From positions 1,646,268-1,710,145 of the forward strand of contig CM119267.1 in NCBI GenBank assembly GCA_051294375.1: 63,878 bases of DNA, written 5' to 3'. Under the pieces are notes generated by a model. It saw nothing but the letters and a program-made list of their open reading frames with translations. It was not told where the DNA came from and ran no database searches. A program made the translations under genes and the position numbers. This DNA comes from Paraspadella gotoi. Lineage: Eukaryota > Animalia > Chaetognatha. Positions 52,447 through 63,878 of the stretch are shown here, piece by piece; position 1 is the first letter of the stretch; each line of letters opens with the position of its first letter.

Positions 52447-54054
52447 ATGGCTAATACTCAGAAGCTCGTATCAGCAGCCAAGCGTCCGGAGCAGCGTGCC
52501 GGCGGGCCGAGACGGCTGCCCCTTCTTCGGACTTACTTCGCTCGGCTATGCTTACGTCCTCTCCTACTTCCTTCTCACTTATCTCCCGTCCGCGGCGACT
52601 GCAAGCGTATCCGGTCTGGAGCCCAGCGGATAACTTACTCCTTCTCTCTCTCTTACCCTCTCACTGCCGAGTCTCTTCTCTCTGCCTCCGAGCGGATCGA
52701 TTATGGTGATCGGCGAATCCCGGAAGTTTTTTTTGATATTTATATTATTGCAGCGGTCTTTTCACTATGTTGAACGAAAGAAAGAAAGAAAAAAAATTAA
52801 AGAACAGAACAGACAAAAAAAAACGAAGGAAAGAAAGAAAAACGAGAGAAAGCAGAAGAAAAAAAGAATGAACAAAAAAATATTAAAAATTGAGACAACA
52901 AATAAACCAATGAACAAAAAAATAATGGGGGAAATATTATGAAGAAATTCAACAGAAAATGAAATAACAACGGGAAACAGTTGTGAAACAAATTCTTTGC
53001 TATGATTGTTCCTATTTGTAATTCATAAGGTTTGCTAAAAATAATAATATTACTCAAAAAGATATAAAATCTTAAAACAAATAATGATTAAATATCCTGA
53101 AAACAATTGAAAATACGATAAAGAGAAATAATCAAAATTATATTATATACTATAATTGTGCATTTTTGTTTACACTGAGCAGACGTATTGAAGAAGTAAA
53201 ATAGTAGCAAAAATTTAAAAATCAAGTAGAATCAAAATTCGAGCTTGACCTGTGAAATTCTTAAAAAAAAAATTTGTTGTTTCTTCAATTTAAATAATTA
53301 GGCTTTAAAAAAAAGATATTGCATAAGTAACTTGCTTTTATAAAATAAACAATTACTTACTTTTAATTGATAATGCGAAGAAGTGGGAAAAACTCGTTTT
53401 ATGGGTAAAATTAACTTTTGCCGGTTCTCAAGTTGCATTGATGTCTAATTGAATATAACGACCACTTGGTGATAATCAGTTGTGTTAAAGACCTCTAAAA
53501 TTTGTACTAGAAAACTTCAACGAAGTAATGGTTTAAATATTTTTCGATTGTATAGTTTAAAAAAAAAACGGCATACTGTTCATGAATAACTATTCAAAGT
53601 TTTGATTGCCAACTGTTAACTAGCCTTTAAATGAACAGGGGGTTATGAAGCTTTTTAAAAAAAACTTGCGCTTCAGAAAAATAATATTTTTAATGCCAGC
53701 GGAAAATTTGTTGAGAGAGAAATTAAAGCGAGGGAGATGGAATGACAAAAAATAATACATTAACATGAAAAAAAAAAACAAAGAGAGACTAGAAACTTAG
53801 GAGGAGTAAGACGGCAAGAGCAGAGAAGTAAGAGAGAGAGAGAGAGATTAGAGAGGAGCGAGAGATCCAGCGCCCCGATCCGCTCGGAACTTCGACCGCG
53901 AGAAAAGAAGCCAGAGCTCGAACCATCGACGAGAGGAGAAAAATCTCCCCGATCCGCTGCGGAAAGAAGCCCGAAAGGAGAAGGTGTCGGTCTGCTAGCC
54001 GCGCGCCGCTCGCTCGTCTTGGACGGCCCTGCGTCGGGAGAGCTGGTATATGAC

Positions 54055-54202
54055 TCCTCCTCTCTTACCTCTCTTCTCTCTCTCTCTCATCTCTCATCTC
54101 TGCTCTCTCTCATATCTCTCTTCTCTCTCTCTCTCCTCTCTCTCTCCCTCTTTCCTCTTCCTCTCTCTCTCTCCTCTCAATCTCTCTTCCTCTCTCTCTC
54201 TA

Positions 54203-54238
<36 letters not shown>

Positions 54239-54256
54239 TCTGCTCTCTCTCTCTAA

Positions 54257-54289
<33 letters not shown>

Positions 54290-54447
54290 CTCTGCTCTCT
54301 CTCTTTCTTCTTCTCTCTTCTCCTCTTCTCTTCTCTCTCTCTCTCTTCTTCCTCTCTCTCTCTCATCATCTCATCTCTCTCTCTCTCTCATCTTTCTCTC
54401 TCTCTCTCTCTTATCTACTCTGCTACTCTCTCAGCTCATCTCTCTCA

Positions 54448-54482
<35 letters not shown>
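54055..54482. repeat. Long degenerate (CT)n tract
   Basis: Direct reading. Confidence 0.95.
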
Positions 54483-54489
<7 letters not shown>

Positions 54490-55568
54490 CCCCTTGTACG
54501 TTTTCCCATTTCTGGAGACTTTCTTTTTCTGATGGAATACGGTAATGCTGTAAATAGAATCTCGCTGCTCCAACAAAATTTTTTATTTTACTAACGATAT
54601 CAATAAGAACGCGACAAAATATGAGAAACTATATCATTTTATTTCAATCTATCTTAATTTAAGTTTTGAATATTTTACTTTGACTATCTACTGTAAAAAA
54701 AAATTACAAAATAACAAATGCGGTTAATTCAGCATCATGAAGTCTNNNNNNNNNNNNNNNNNNNNNNNNNNNNNNNNNNNNNNNNNNNNNNNNNNNNNNN
54801 NNNNNNNNNNNNNNNNNNNNNNNNNNNNNNNNNNNNNNNNNNNNNNNNNNNNNNNNNNNNNNNNNNNNNNNNNNNNNNNNNNNNNNNNNNNNNNNNNNNN
54901 NNNNNNNNNNNNNNNNNNNNNNNNNNNNNNTGTAAGAATGACGTGTATTTAAATAAAATTTTGATCGTCGCCGTCGTCGTCGTCGTCTTTNNNNNNNNNN
55001 CGTGGTCGTCGTCGTCTTTCTCATCCTCTCATCCTCAGTTTTTGGAAAAAAACAACAACAACAACAAGAAAACAACAACAATTTTCTCACCGAAAAAAAA
55101 AANNNNNNNNNNNNNNNNNNNNNNNNNNNNNNNNNNNNNNNNNNNNNNNNNNNNNNNNNNNNNNNNNNNNNNNNNNNNNNNNNNNNNNNNNNNNNNNNNN
55201 NNNNNNNNNNNNNNNNNNNNNNNNNNNNNNNNNNNNNNNNNNNNNNNNNNNNNNNNNNNNNNNNNNNNNNNNNNNNNNNNNNNNNNNNNNNNNNNNNNNN
55301 NNNNNNNNNNNNNNNNNNNNNNNNNNNNNNNNNNNNNNNNNNNNNNNNNNNNNNNNNNNNNNNNNNNNNNCGCTGCGGTAGTTAAAGTTTATTTGTTTGT
55401 TTTTTTCGTTTTTATTCTTCAGTTTTTCTTTATTTTCTTTATTTTTATTTTTATTTTTATGGATCAACTTCTCTTTCGTCAAGATTTTCAACGATGAGTG
55501 AGATTAGAGTCTTCAATGTTTCAATTGATGAATTTACTGTCTTTTTCTCTGTCTCTCTCTCTCTCTCA

Positions 55569-55599
<31 letters not shown>

Positions 55600-58500
55600 C
55601 CTTTCCCTCTCCCTCTCTCTCTCTCTCCTCCTCCACTTTACCGCTTATTGCTCTTCAGGCTCCGACTCTCTGCCCGTCGCTCGTCAAGGCGTCTGGAGAA
55701 ATTCCGCGAAAATTGTTCTCAAAAAAAATCCTTAGAGAAGTCTAAGATTCAAACATGTCTTATAAAGAATATACTCTCTCATCTCAAACCTGCCTCCTTA
55801 CACTCAATACTCTACCATCTTTCTCTCTCTACCCATAACCACAGTACATCATCTCTACATAACTCCTCCTCTTCATTTGCAACACTCTCTTATCTTTCGT
55901 TTCCCTTCTTCATACTATCTCTCAATTTATATTAGTGCCCTGTTTTGCCCAAGGGTCGCATTCGAAAGCAATCCAACCGTGTCCAGTAATGCCTTATGGA
56001 TTACTATTGCTTTATGCCTCTGTTGATTTGTCAGCCCAAATGACCCCCCCTTACAAATCCTCCTTTTGGTACTAGGCCCAGAAGGAGCTATTTTTTGCCC
56101 AGAGCGGTTCTGTTCCCCTTTTCTTCCTTATCATTTGTCCTGCCCAGAGCGACAATATTTGTGACCAGCCTCGGATTAGTGCACAATCCACTTACACTCA
56201 ATTCGATAAATATGAATTTCTCTCCTGCGAAAACATTTATATTTAATACTAAATCAACATTGATGTATAAGGTGGTCTTCCACCACTGGAAATTGTTTTC
56301 CTGTGCGGTCTATTTCTGTCCAATAAGGAGTTCACTATAATCTCCAAATGCTTTGCCCATGTCCATCTCTTCCTTATTATGCGCGATCAATTTGAAGATA
56401 GGGATAGCTTCGCCTGTCGCTACTGTAATTTCCTCCAGCTACTTTCAATAATTAAAGTGGTTCAAACTCACAACTCTCCAAAACGCTCTTCAATGAAACT
56501 AACATCTTTTCTCAAATCTATTTCGCAGTTTCTTCTTCCAACAAACTAAACACGTTCATGTCTAAAACTATACAAGCCAGACGAAAGCAAAGGTCTATTT
56601 TTTATGCAATTAATAATTCTTAACTATTATACACTCTATAATATATCTACTAACTTTCTATTATCTCAACATACTTGTCTTTCCAGTCTATGTTCACTAT
56701 ATGCACCTCTCTGTTGGTGCTAGCAATTTATAATATCTTTTTTACCATGAGAATTAGTGAATATTGCAATAACTTGTCTATATAAATATCTATTATTATC
56801 TTATAAGAATTACTTTATAATCTTAATATCTAATTTTCTTCCAGGAGCCATTCAAAATGACTCAGAATGTTTCTTATTGATGCCTTTGGGAAAGTACTGT
56901 CTCTGGTGGTCTAACACATCCAAATGGAGTATGTTGATGCTGGGTATAAAAATATAAGCTTATTACAAATGTACCAAAATAGTTAAATTTGAACCGTTTT
57001 ATCAGGACCTTTGTCACTCCTGGAGACAATTATAGGAAAGATCCTTTTTCCAACATAATCTTTCCCAAACCGGACCACTTCTGTTAGAAGGAACAATAAC
57101 TCCGACTAAATATGCCCCATTTGCCTCCGCTCCCTTGGAGGAATAGTCTTGCCAATGGATTGCTTAGAAGGTAAAATCAATTACTGAGCATTAAGGAGTT
57201 ATGTACCCATTATTTTACAAAAATTTCTCTGGTTTTTTAAAGATTTTCTTTCTGTAATCTGACAGATGGATAAGCAATTCAAATATTCAAACCTGGAGAT
57301 TGCCTTCAGGGTTTTACTGCCCAACGCAAAGACTGGTTTCCCTGAATCATTTCCGCCTGTCTCCCGTAGGCTCCTTTAAAACATAAAACAAAACGCTAAC
57401 TCTATATCTGTATGTTTACCTTGTCCTAGAGGGACTCTTATTGAGAGGCTTAACCCTAACAACACCTATCTGGTATTCATTGCTTTTTGCCTGGCTATGA
57501 CCATCTAAACCGCATTCTCTTTTTTTAAAAATTATCACCTAAACTTTCTATTCTGTATGGAAACAATTGTTTGACTTCTAGATATNNNNNNNNNNNNNNN
57601 NNNNNNNNNNCTCTCTCTCTCTCTCTCTCTTCTTTGCACTTGCTCTCTTTTCGTTTCTCTCCCTCTATCTCTCATTTTCCCACCGTCATACTCTCTCTTT
57701 CTCCCTCTTTTTACCTCTCTCTCTCTCTCTCTCTAAGATAAACTAAGATAACTTTTATAATTATCTTCATATATTGCTCCTGTCTTTTCACTAACTTCAT
57801 CGATATTTTAAATCATTCTCTCCCGTTCTTTTCTTTTCTTTTCTTTTCTTTTCTTTTCTTTTCTCCTGGTTTCCTATTTTTATTTCCCATCTTCCTTTTC
57901 TTTTTGCTTTTTCTTCTAATCCTCTTATTCTCTTATTCCTACCTTTTTATCTTCTTTATCTTCTCCTCGCTACTATTATCCCCCCTCCCTCCTCCTCCTC
58001 CTCCTCCTCCTCCTCCTCATTCCAACTTGCAGAGAGAAGTAACGATATTGGTTAACCGGGTAATAAACTTTCGTTTAAGCGGCGAATGAGTTTTTCTCTG
58101 CTGATGGAGTAAGGCTGTNNNNNNNNNNNNNNNNNNNNNNNNNNNNNNNNNNNNNNNNNNNNNNNNNNNNNNNNNNNNNNNNNNNNNNNNNNNNNNNNNN
58201 NNNNNNNNNNNNNNNNNNNNNNNNNNNNNNNNNNNNNNNNNNNNNNNNNNNNNNNNNNNNNNNNNNNNNNNNNNNNNNNNNNNNNNNNNNNNNNNNNNNN
58301 NNNNNNNNNNNNNNNNNNNNNNNNNNNNNNNNNNNNNNNNNNNNNNNNNNNNNNNNNNNNNNNNNNNNNNNNNNNNNNNNNNNNNTGCTGATGGAGAAAG
58401 GCTGTTGAAGGCTGGGGTAGGGCGGGATGAAGTTTTGGATGGAGGAGTTGAAGTATTTTTAGTTGGTTGGGCGCGATGGAAACAATTGATTGATTGATTG

Positions 58501-58903
58501 ATTAATTGATTGTTTGATTAATTAATTCCTCTTCCTCCCCTTTTTCTCCTCCTCCTACTCCTCCTCCTCCTCTTCCCTTTGCCGTTGCTATTTTGTTTTG
58601 AAATTCTCCACAAGATGCCGCCAGTTTTTAGCGTAACTGTTTGCTTAGGCTTTTTTGTTTCTGTGTCCGAGCATGAAATAGAACGAGAGAGAGAGNNNNN
58701 NNNNNNNNNNNNNNNNNNNNNNNNNNNNNNNNNNNNNNNNNNNNNNNNNNNNNNNNNNNNNNNNNNNNNNNNNNNNNNNNNNNNNNNNNNNNNNNNNNNN
58801 NNNNNNNNNNNNNNNNNNNNNNNNNNNNNNNNNNNNNNNNNNNNNNNNNNNNNNNNNNNNNNNNNNNNNNNNNNNNNNNNNNNNNNNNNNNNNNNNNNNN
58901 NNN

Positions 58904-58939
<36 letters not shown>

Positions 58940-59869
58940 AATGCCGGTTTATGATTAATGCTCAATTCTGGACGCGGTTGGCAAGGGGCACGGGCCAAGG
59001 TGCCAGGACAGAAGGGCTGAAATGGCCTCCGGGAAAAAGATGAATTGAAGGAGAAAAAAGAATTTGCTTTGAGAAACAGATGGGAATAGAAGGACGATGG
59101 GAATGGAACAGATGGAATTCCGATGGGTAGGGAAACAGACAGAACAGAGGGTGAGGGATAGATGAGTAAAAATCTGATGACTGACAGCAGTTGAGAAATA
59201 ATTGCAGATGGGAACAGATGAATGTGATTTTTCGAAGACAGATAAGTGAGGAAAATATCAGATTCAAACAGAATAAAAGGAGGAAAGGGATAATGAGCAG
59301 ACGGGAGCGGGATAGAGATGGAGAGGACTGAAGATGGAATGAGACGGTTCCACTTTGAACTCAAATCTGGAATTCTATTTGGCTTCGCAGAAAATAAAGA
59401 TTAGAATCAAGTCTCTAAAAGAAGGAGAGGNNNNNNNNNNNNNNNNNNNNNNNNNNNNNNNNNNNNNNNNNNNNNNNNNNNNNNNNNNNNNNNNNNNNNN
59501 NNNNNNNNNNNNNNNNNNNNNNNNNNNNNNNNNNNNNNNNNNNNNNNNNNNNNNNNNNNNNNNNNNNNNNNNNNNNNNNNNNNNNNNNNNNNNNNNNNNN
59601 NNNNNNNNNNNNNNNNNNNNNNNNNNNNNNNNNNNNNNNNNNNNNNNNNNNNNNNNNNNNNNNNNNNNNNNNNNNNNNNNNNNNNNNNNNNNNNNNNNNN
59701 NNNNNNNNNNNNNNNNNNNNNNNNNNNNNNNNNNNNNNNNNNNNNNNNNNNNNNNNNNNNNNNNNNNNNNNNNNNNNNNTGCTCCAAGCCTAAACGAGTT
59801 TTAAAAACGTTTTGTTTAGTCAAAAACAATTGTTTTAATTTGTGTTATTTTAGATTTTTTCAAGTTAAT

Positions 59870-60026
59870 TACCCCATCGCCTGACGAGTAATTAAACCAA
59901 TCAGCTGACGAGTATTTAAACGAATTGGATGACGAGTTATCCATTCAATCGTCTACGCGTAATTCAACCAATCAGATGACGCTTAATTCGACCAATCGAC
60001 TGTCGAATTATTCAACCAATCGTGAC
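59870..60026 (+). repeat. Degenerate ~24-bp repeat carrying CCAATC and TGACG motifs
   Basis: AACCAATCAGCTGACGAG, AACCAATCAGATGACGC, GACCAATCGAC, AACCAATCGTGAC. Confidence 0.65.
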
Positions 60027-60560
60027 ATCTTTGTTTCGTGGGCGGGAATATATATTTTTTTTTTTGGCGAACGTGATGCAGAAAAGATCAAATGAAAATT
60101 TGAATAAAGAGAAAGAAAAAAAAAGATATGGAAAAAAAGAAAAAAGAAAGATAGGGAAAGAAGAGAAAAAGAAAACAAAAAGAAAGACAAAGAATAGAGA
60201 AGAAAAAAAGGGAAAAAAAGAAAAAAAGAAAGAGAAATGAAAAAGAAGAAAGAAAAAGAAAAAAACTCGTTTCTTCGAATGCAAATAGAGTTGACATCAT
60301 AAAAAAAGAGAGCGACAGTGAATGGTGAGAGTTATGGTGAGAATTGTCGTTGTTGTTGTTGACGGGAAATTCGTTAAAGTTGGTGTATTGGAATTCGAAC
60401 GGAAAAAGAAAAAGAGAAGAAAGGAAAATAAGAAAAGAAAAGTGAAAGGAAAGGAGAAAAAAAAAAGAAAGACCTAATAGAGAGAAAAGAGAAAAATTCA
60501 CTTTAACTTCATTTCTGTGAAGTTGAAATTTTTTTTGGGATTCACTGATTTAATTTTCGT

Positions 60561-60659
60561 TAAGTCACGTGATCGGACGAGACGTGATTCAAAGTCACGT
60601 GATTTTAAGTTACATAATTCAAAGTCACGTGATTCAATGTCACGTTATTCAAAGTCACC
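60561..60659 (+). repeat. 15-bp-period repeat of AAAGTCACGTGATTC (E-box cluster)
   Basis: About 6 degenerate copies, three with intact GTCACGTGA. Confidence 0.8.
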
Positions 60660-62418
60660 ATATTTTTTTTTAACTTCACGGAAATAAAATCTTTTTCCCC
60701 CTCATCGCTTCCTCTCCGTCCCACTCTGCTCCCCCTTCGTCTCTTGTTCCGCATTGTCCTTCGATGTCCTCAGTGTCCCAGGAGACGGCAGAAAGGCGGT
60801 CAGGGGTCGGACTCGCCTGACATTTTCCCTTCACTGTTGGGAAATAGAAGTTNNNNNNNNNNNNNNNNNNNNNNNNNNNNNNNNNNNNNNNNNNNNNNNN
60901 NNNNNNNNNNNNNNNNNNNNNNNNNNNNNNNNNNNNNNNNNNNNNNNNNNNNNNNNNNNNNNNNNNNNNNNNNNNNNNNNNNNNNNNNNNNNNNNNNNNN
61001 NNNNNNNNNNNNNNNNNNNNNNNNNNNNNNNNNNNNNNNNNNNNNNNNNNNNNNNNNNNNNNNNNNNNNNNNNNNNNNNNNNNNNNNNNNNNNNNNNNNN
61101 NNNNNNNNNNNNNNNNNNNNNNNNNNNNNNNNNNNNNNNNNNNNNNNNNNNNNNNNNNNNNNNNNNNNNNNNNNNNNNNNNNNNNNNNNNNNNNNNNNNN
61201 NNNNNNNNNNNNNNNNNNNNNNNNNNNNNNNNNNNNNNNNNNNNNNNNNNNNNNNNNNNNNNNNNNNNNNNNNNNNNNNNNNNNNNNNNNNNNNNNNNNN
61301 NNNNNNNNNNNNNNNNNNNNNNNNNNNNNNNNNNNNNNNNNNNNNNNNNNNNNNNNNNNNNNNNNNNNNNNNNNNNNNNNNNNNNNNNNNNNNNNNNNNN
61401 NNNNNNNNNNNNNNNNNAAAAAAAAAGAAAGAACTTTGGTCAAAGACTAAGATTCTTTCAATTGTCTTGTCACGTCAATTTTCCTGATGTCATCGCCGAC
61501 TATTGCAAGGACACCAACGACTATGACGACGACAATNNNNNNNNNNNNNNNNNNNNNNNNNNNNNNNNNNNNNNNNNNNNNNNNNNNNNNNNNNNNNNNN
61601 NNNNNNNNNNNNNNNNNNNNNNNNNNNNNNNNNNNNNNNNNNNNNNNNNNNNNNNNNNNNNNNNNNNNNNNNNNNNNNNNNNNNNNNNNNNNNNNNNNNN
61701 NNNNNNNNNNNNNNNNNNNNNNNNNNNNNNNNNNNNNNNNNNNNNNNNNNNNNNNNNNNNNNNNNNNNACGACGACGAAAAGAAAATCCTCGATTTCGCT
61801 TTTGTTTTCCACCGACTTTTCGTCTCCATGGAAACCGCATGACGCCGGTAAGAAATCCAACGCCATCTTGGGAGGTGATTTAAAGCTCTCTCTCTCTCTN
61901 NNNNNNNNNNNNNNNNNNNNNNNNNNNNNNNNNNNNNNNNNNNNNNNNNNNNNNNNNNNNNNNNNNNNNNNNNNNNNNNNNNNNNNNNNNNNNNNNNNNN
62001 NNNNNNNNNNNNNNNNNNNNNNNNNNNNNNNNNNNNNNNNNNNNNNNNNNNNNNNNNNNNNNNNNNNNNNNNNNNNNNNNNNNNNNNNNNNNNNNNNNNN
62101 NNNNNNNNNNNNNNNNCTCGACTGACCCACCATACATGGCTTTGTCGCCGCTGACATCGCCGGGGGGGGAGGAGGGGCGTGGGGGGTAAGGAAGAGAATG
62201 GATGAGGGAAAGTGAGGGTATACGTCTCTTAAGGCATGGAAGAGGGGAGGAATAGTGAAAAGTTGACATGGTTGGGGAGGAATAGATGAAGAAATAAGCA
62301 TGGAAAGGCGCATGTAAAAGAATATGGAAAAGGAGATAAATGGGGAGAGACGAAATTGTCTCCTGATTTTTTTTTTCGTTGTTTTTGAAATAACTATCAG
62401 AATTATTAGAAATACTTT

Positions 62419-62438
62419 TATTGATTGATTTTTGATTG

Positions 62439-62505
<67 letters not shown>

Positions 62506-62534
62506 CATTGATTGATTCATTCATTCTGATTCAT
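62419..62534. repeat. (ATTG)n microsatellite
   Basis: Direct reading. Confidence 0.95.
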
Positions 62535-62631
62535 TTGCTATTACAATTTTTTTTCTTCAGATTTCCACTGATATGATCAGGTTTAAAAATGGAAAGATCG
62601 CTTAGTGGGCGGGAAAGTTCATCTTTCATTC

Positions 62632-62666
<35 letters not shown>

Positions 62667-63034
62667 NNNNNNNNNNNNNNNNNNNNNNNNNNNNNNNNNN
62701 NNNNNNNNNNNNNNNNNNNNNNNNNNNNNNNNNNNNNNNNNNNNNNNNNNNNNNNNNNNNNNNNNNNNNNNNNNNNNNNNNNNNNNNNNNNNNNNNNNNN
62801 NNNNNNNNNNNNNNNNNNNNNNNNNNNNNNNNNNNNNNNNNNNNNNNNNNNNNNNNNNNNNNNNNNNNNNNNNNNNNNNNNNNNNGGATCAGAAACTTTT
62901 GATCAATGTTTATGCAGGATGATATTTGTGAACTGTCATCAGAAAACGTCAGTTATTTAGAAATGTGACCTAATTGAGTGAGTGTTGCTAATAAGGTATC
63001 GGCATTTATTTTATAAATTTACTAATTTTAATAA

Positions 63035-63035
<1 letters not shown>

Positions 63036-63125
<90 letters not shown>
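63036..63125. repeat. (GAAA)n microsatellite
   Basis: Direct reading. Confidence 0.97.
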
Positions 63126-63127
<2 letters not shown>

Positions 63128-63878
63128 GAGTGTATTTATGCATGGGTTTTTCTCTAAATGTTATAAAGTGAGGGGGTGAAAGGTCTCCCGGTGCAAGGAG
63201 GAGGGTAGGAGGAGGGGGAGGAAGAAGAGGAGGAGAAGGAGGAGAAGGAGGAGAGGGAGGAAGAGGAGGAGTATCTCTAAGTGCCTGCGATTAGTAATTC
63301 CGTTTCTAGTCGAACCGAAGAGGGAGATCCGATCGTAAATCTAAACCCCCTTCCCACCTCAACCACCTTAATCCTCATACCACCCCCGATCTACGATTAC
63401 TCTCACCACTCCCGCCCCACATTTACAACTCTCGATTGACACCCCCGCCTCCGCACGGGACATTTTAGTGAACGAGGGTCAGGAGTGATAAAGAGAATTA
63501 AAAGATGAAAATGAGTTGAGCGATTTTTTTAAGCGGCGACGATTTTGTATAAATTTATCGTCGGGTAAAGTTCCGAGATAGATATCAAGATAGATATCGA
63601 AGCTGATTCTCTCTCTCGAGTCGTATAACCCAAAGGCAGGCCATGGCTCTTCCACTATAAAAAAAAGTTTATCACTAAATGTTATATCACTAAAATATAT
63701 CATTAAAAAGATGTCTTTTATTTATTACATACAATTTCGCCATTTTTTTCTCAAAACTCACGTCCAAGTTTCATCAACCGCAAACCTCATCCTTTTATGT
63801 GAAACAAATTGGGGAGAGAATTCATAAGGGAGTATCGCTCGTCGTCGTCGTCGTCGTTGTCGTCGTCATCGTCGTCGT

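Noticed and set aside
51617-54594. Leu/Ser-rich long ORFs
   Set aside because: Read-through of (CT)n microsatellites.
42487-62960. ORFs containing runs of X
   Set aside because: They are open only because they cross N-gaps.

Overview
This is a eukaryotic (probably invertebrate animal) draft scaffold, rich in microsatellites and N-gaps, with long stretches that look like unpolished long-read sequence (dense single-base indels). Almost all ORFs in the supplied track are low-complexity or gap artefacts. Supportable content: (1) the 3' part of a probable DH-PH (RhoGEF-like) multi-exon gene at 1-5287, with an 87-bp tandem array that repeats a splice donor in frame; (2) a clearly recognisable, about 9-exon SLC28/CNT concentrative nucleoside transporter gene at ~14553-20930 (+); (3) a partial tandem copy (~23985-35712, +) and a partial inverted copy (35738-41762, -) of that locus, most likely gap-filling artefacts; (4) two TA-flanked TIR elements, an internally deleted BEL/Pao remnant, a diverged ~1 kb duplication flanking the SLC28 gene, and many mini/microsatellites. 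The most unusual signals are a ~370-bp direct-repeat-bounded unit in SLC28 intron 1 with degenerate hammerhead-like motifs on both strands (speculative) and the donor-repeating VNTR. I recognised no rRNA, tRNA or CRISPR array.
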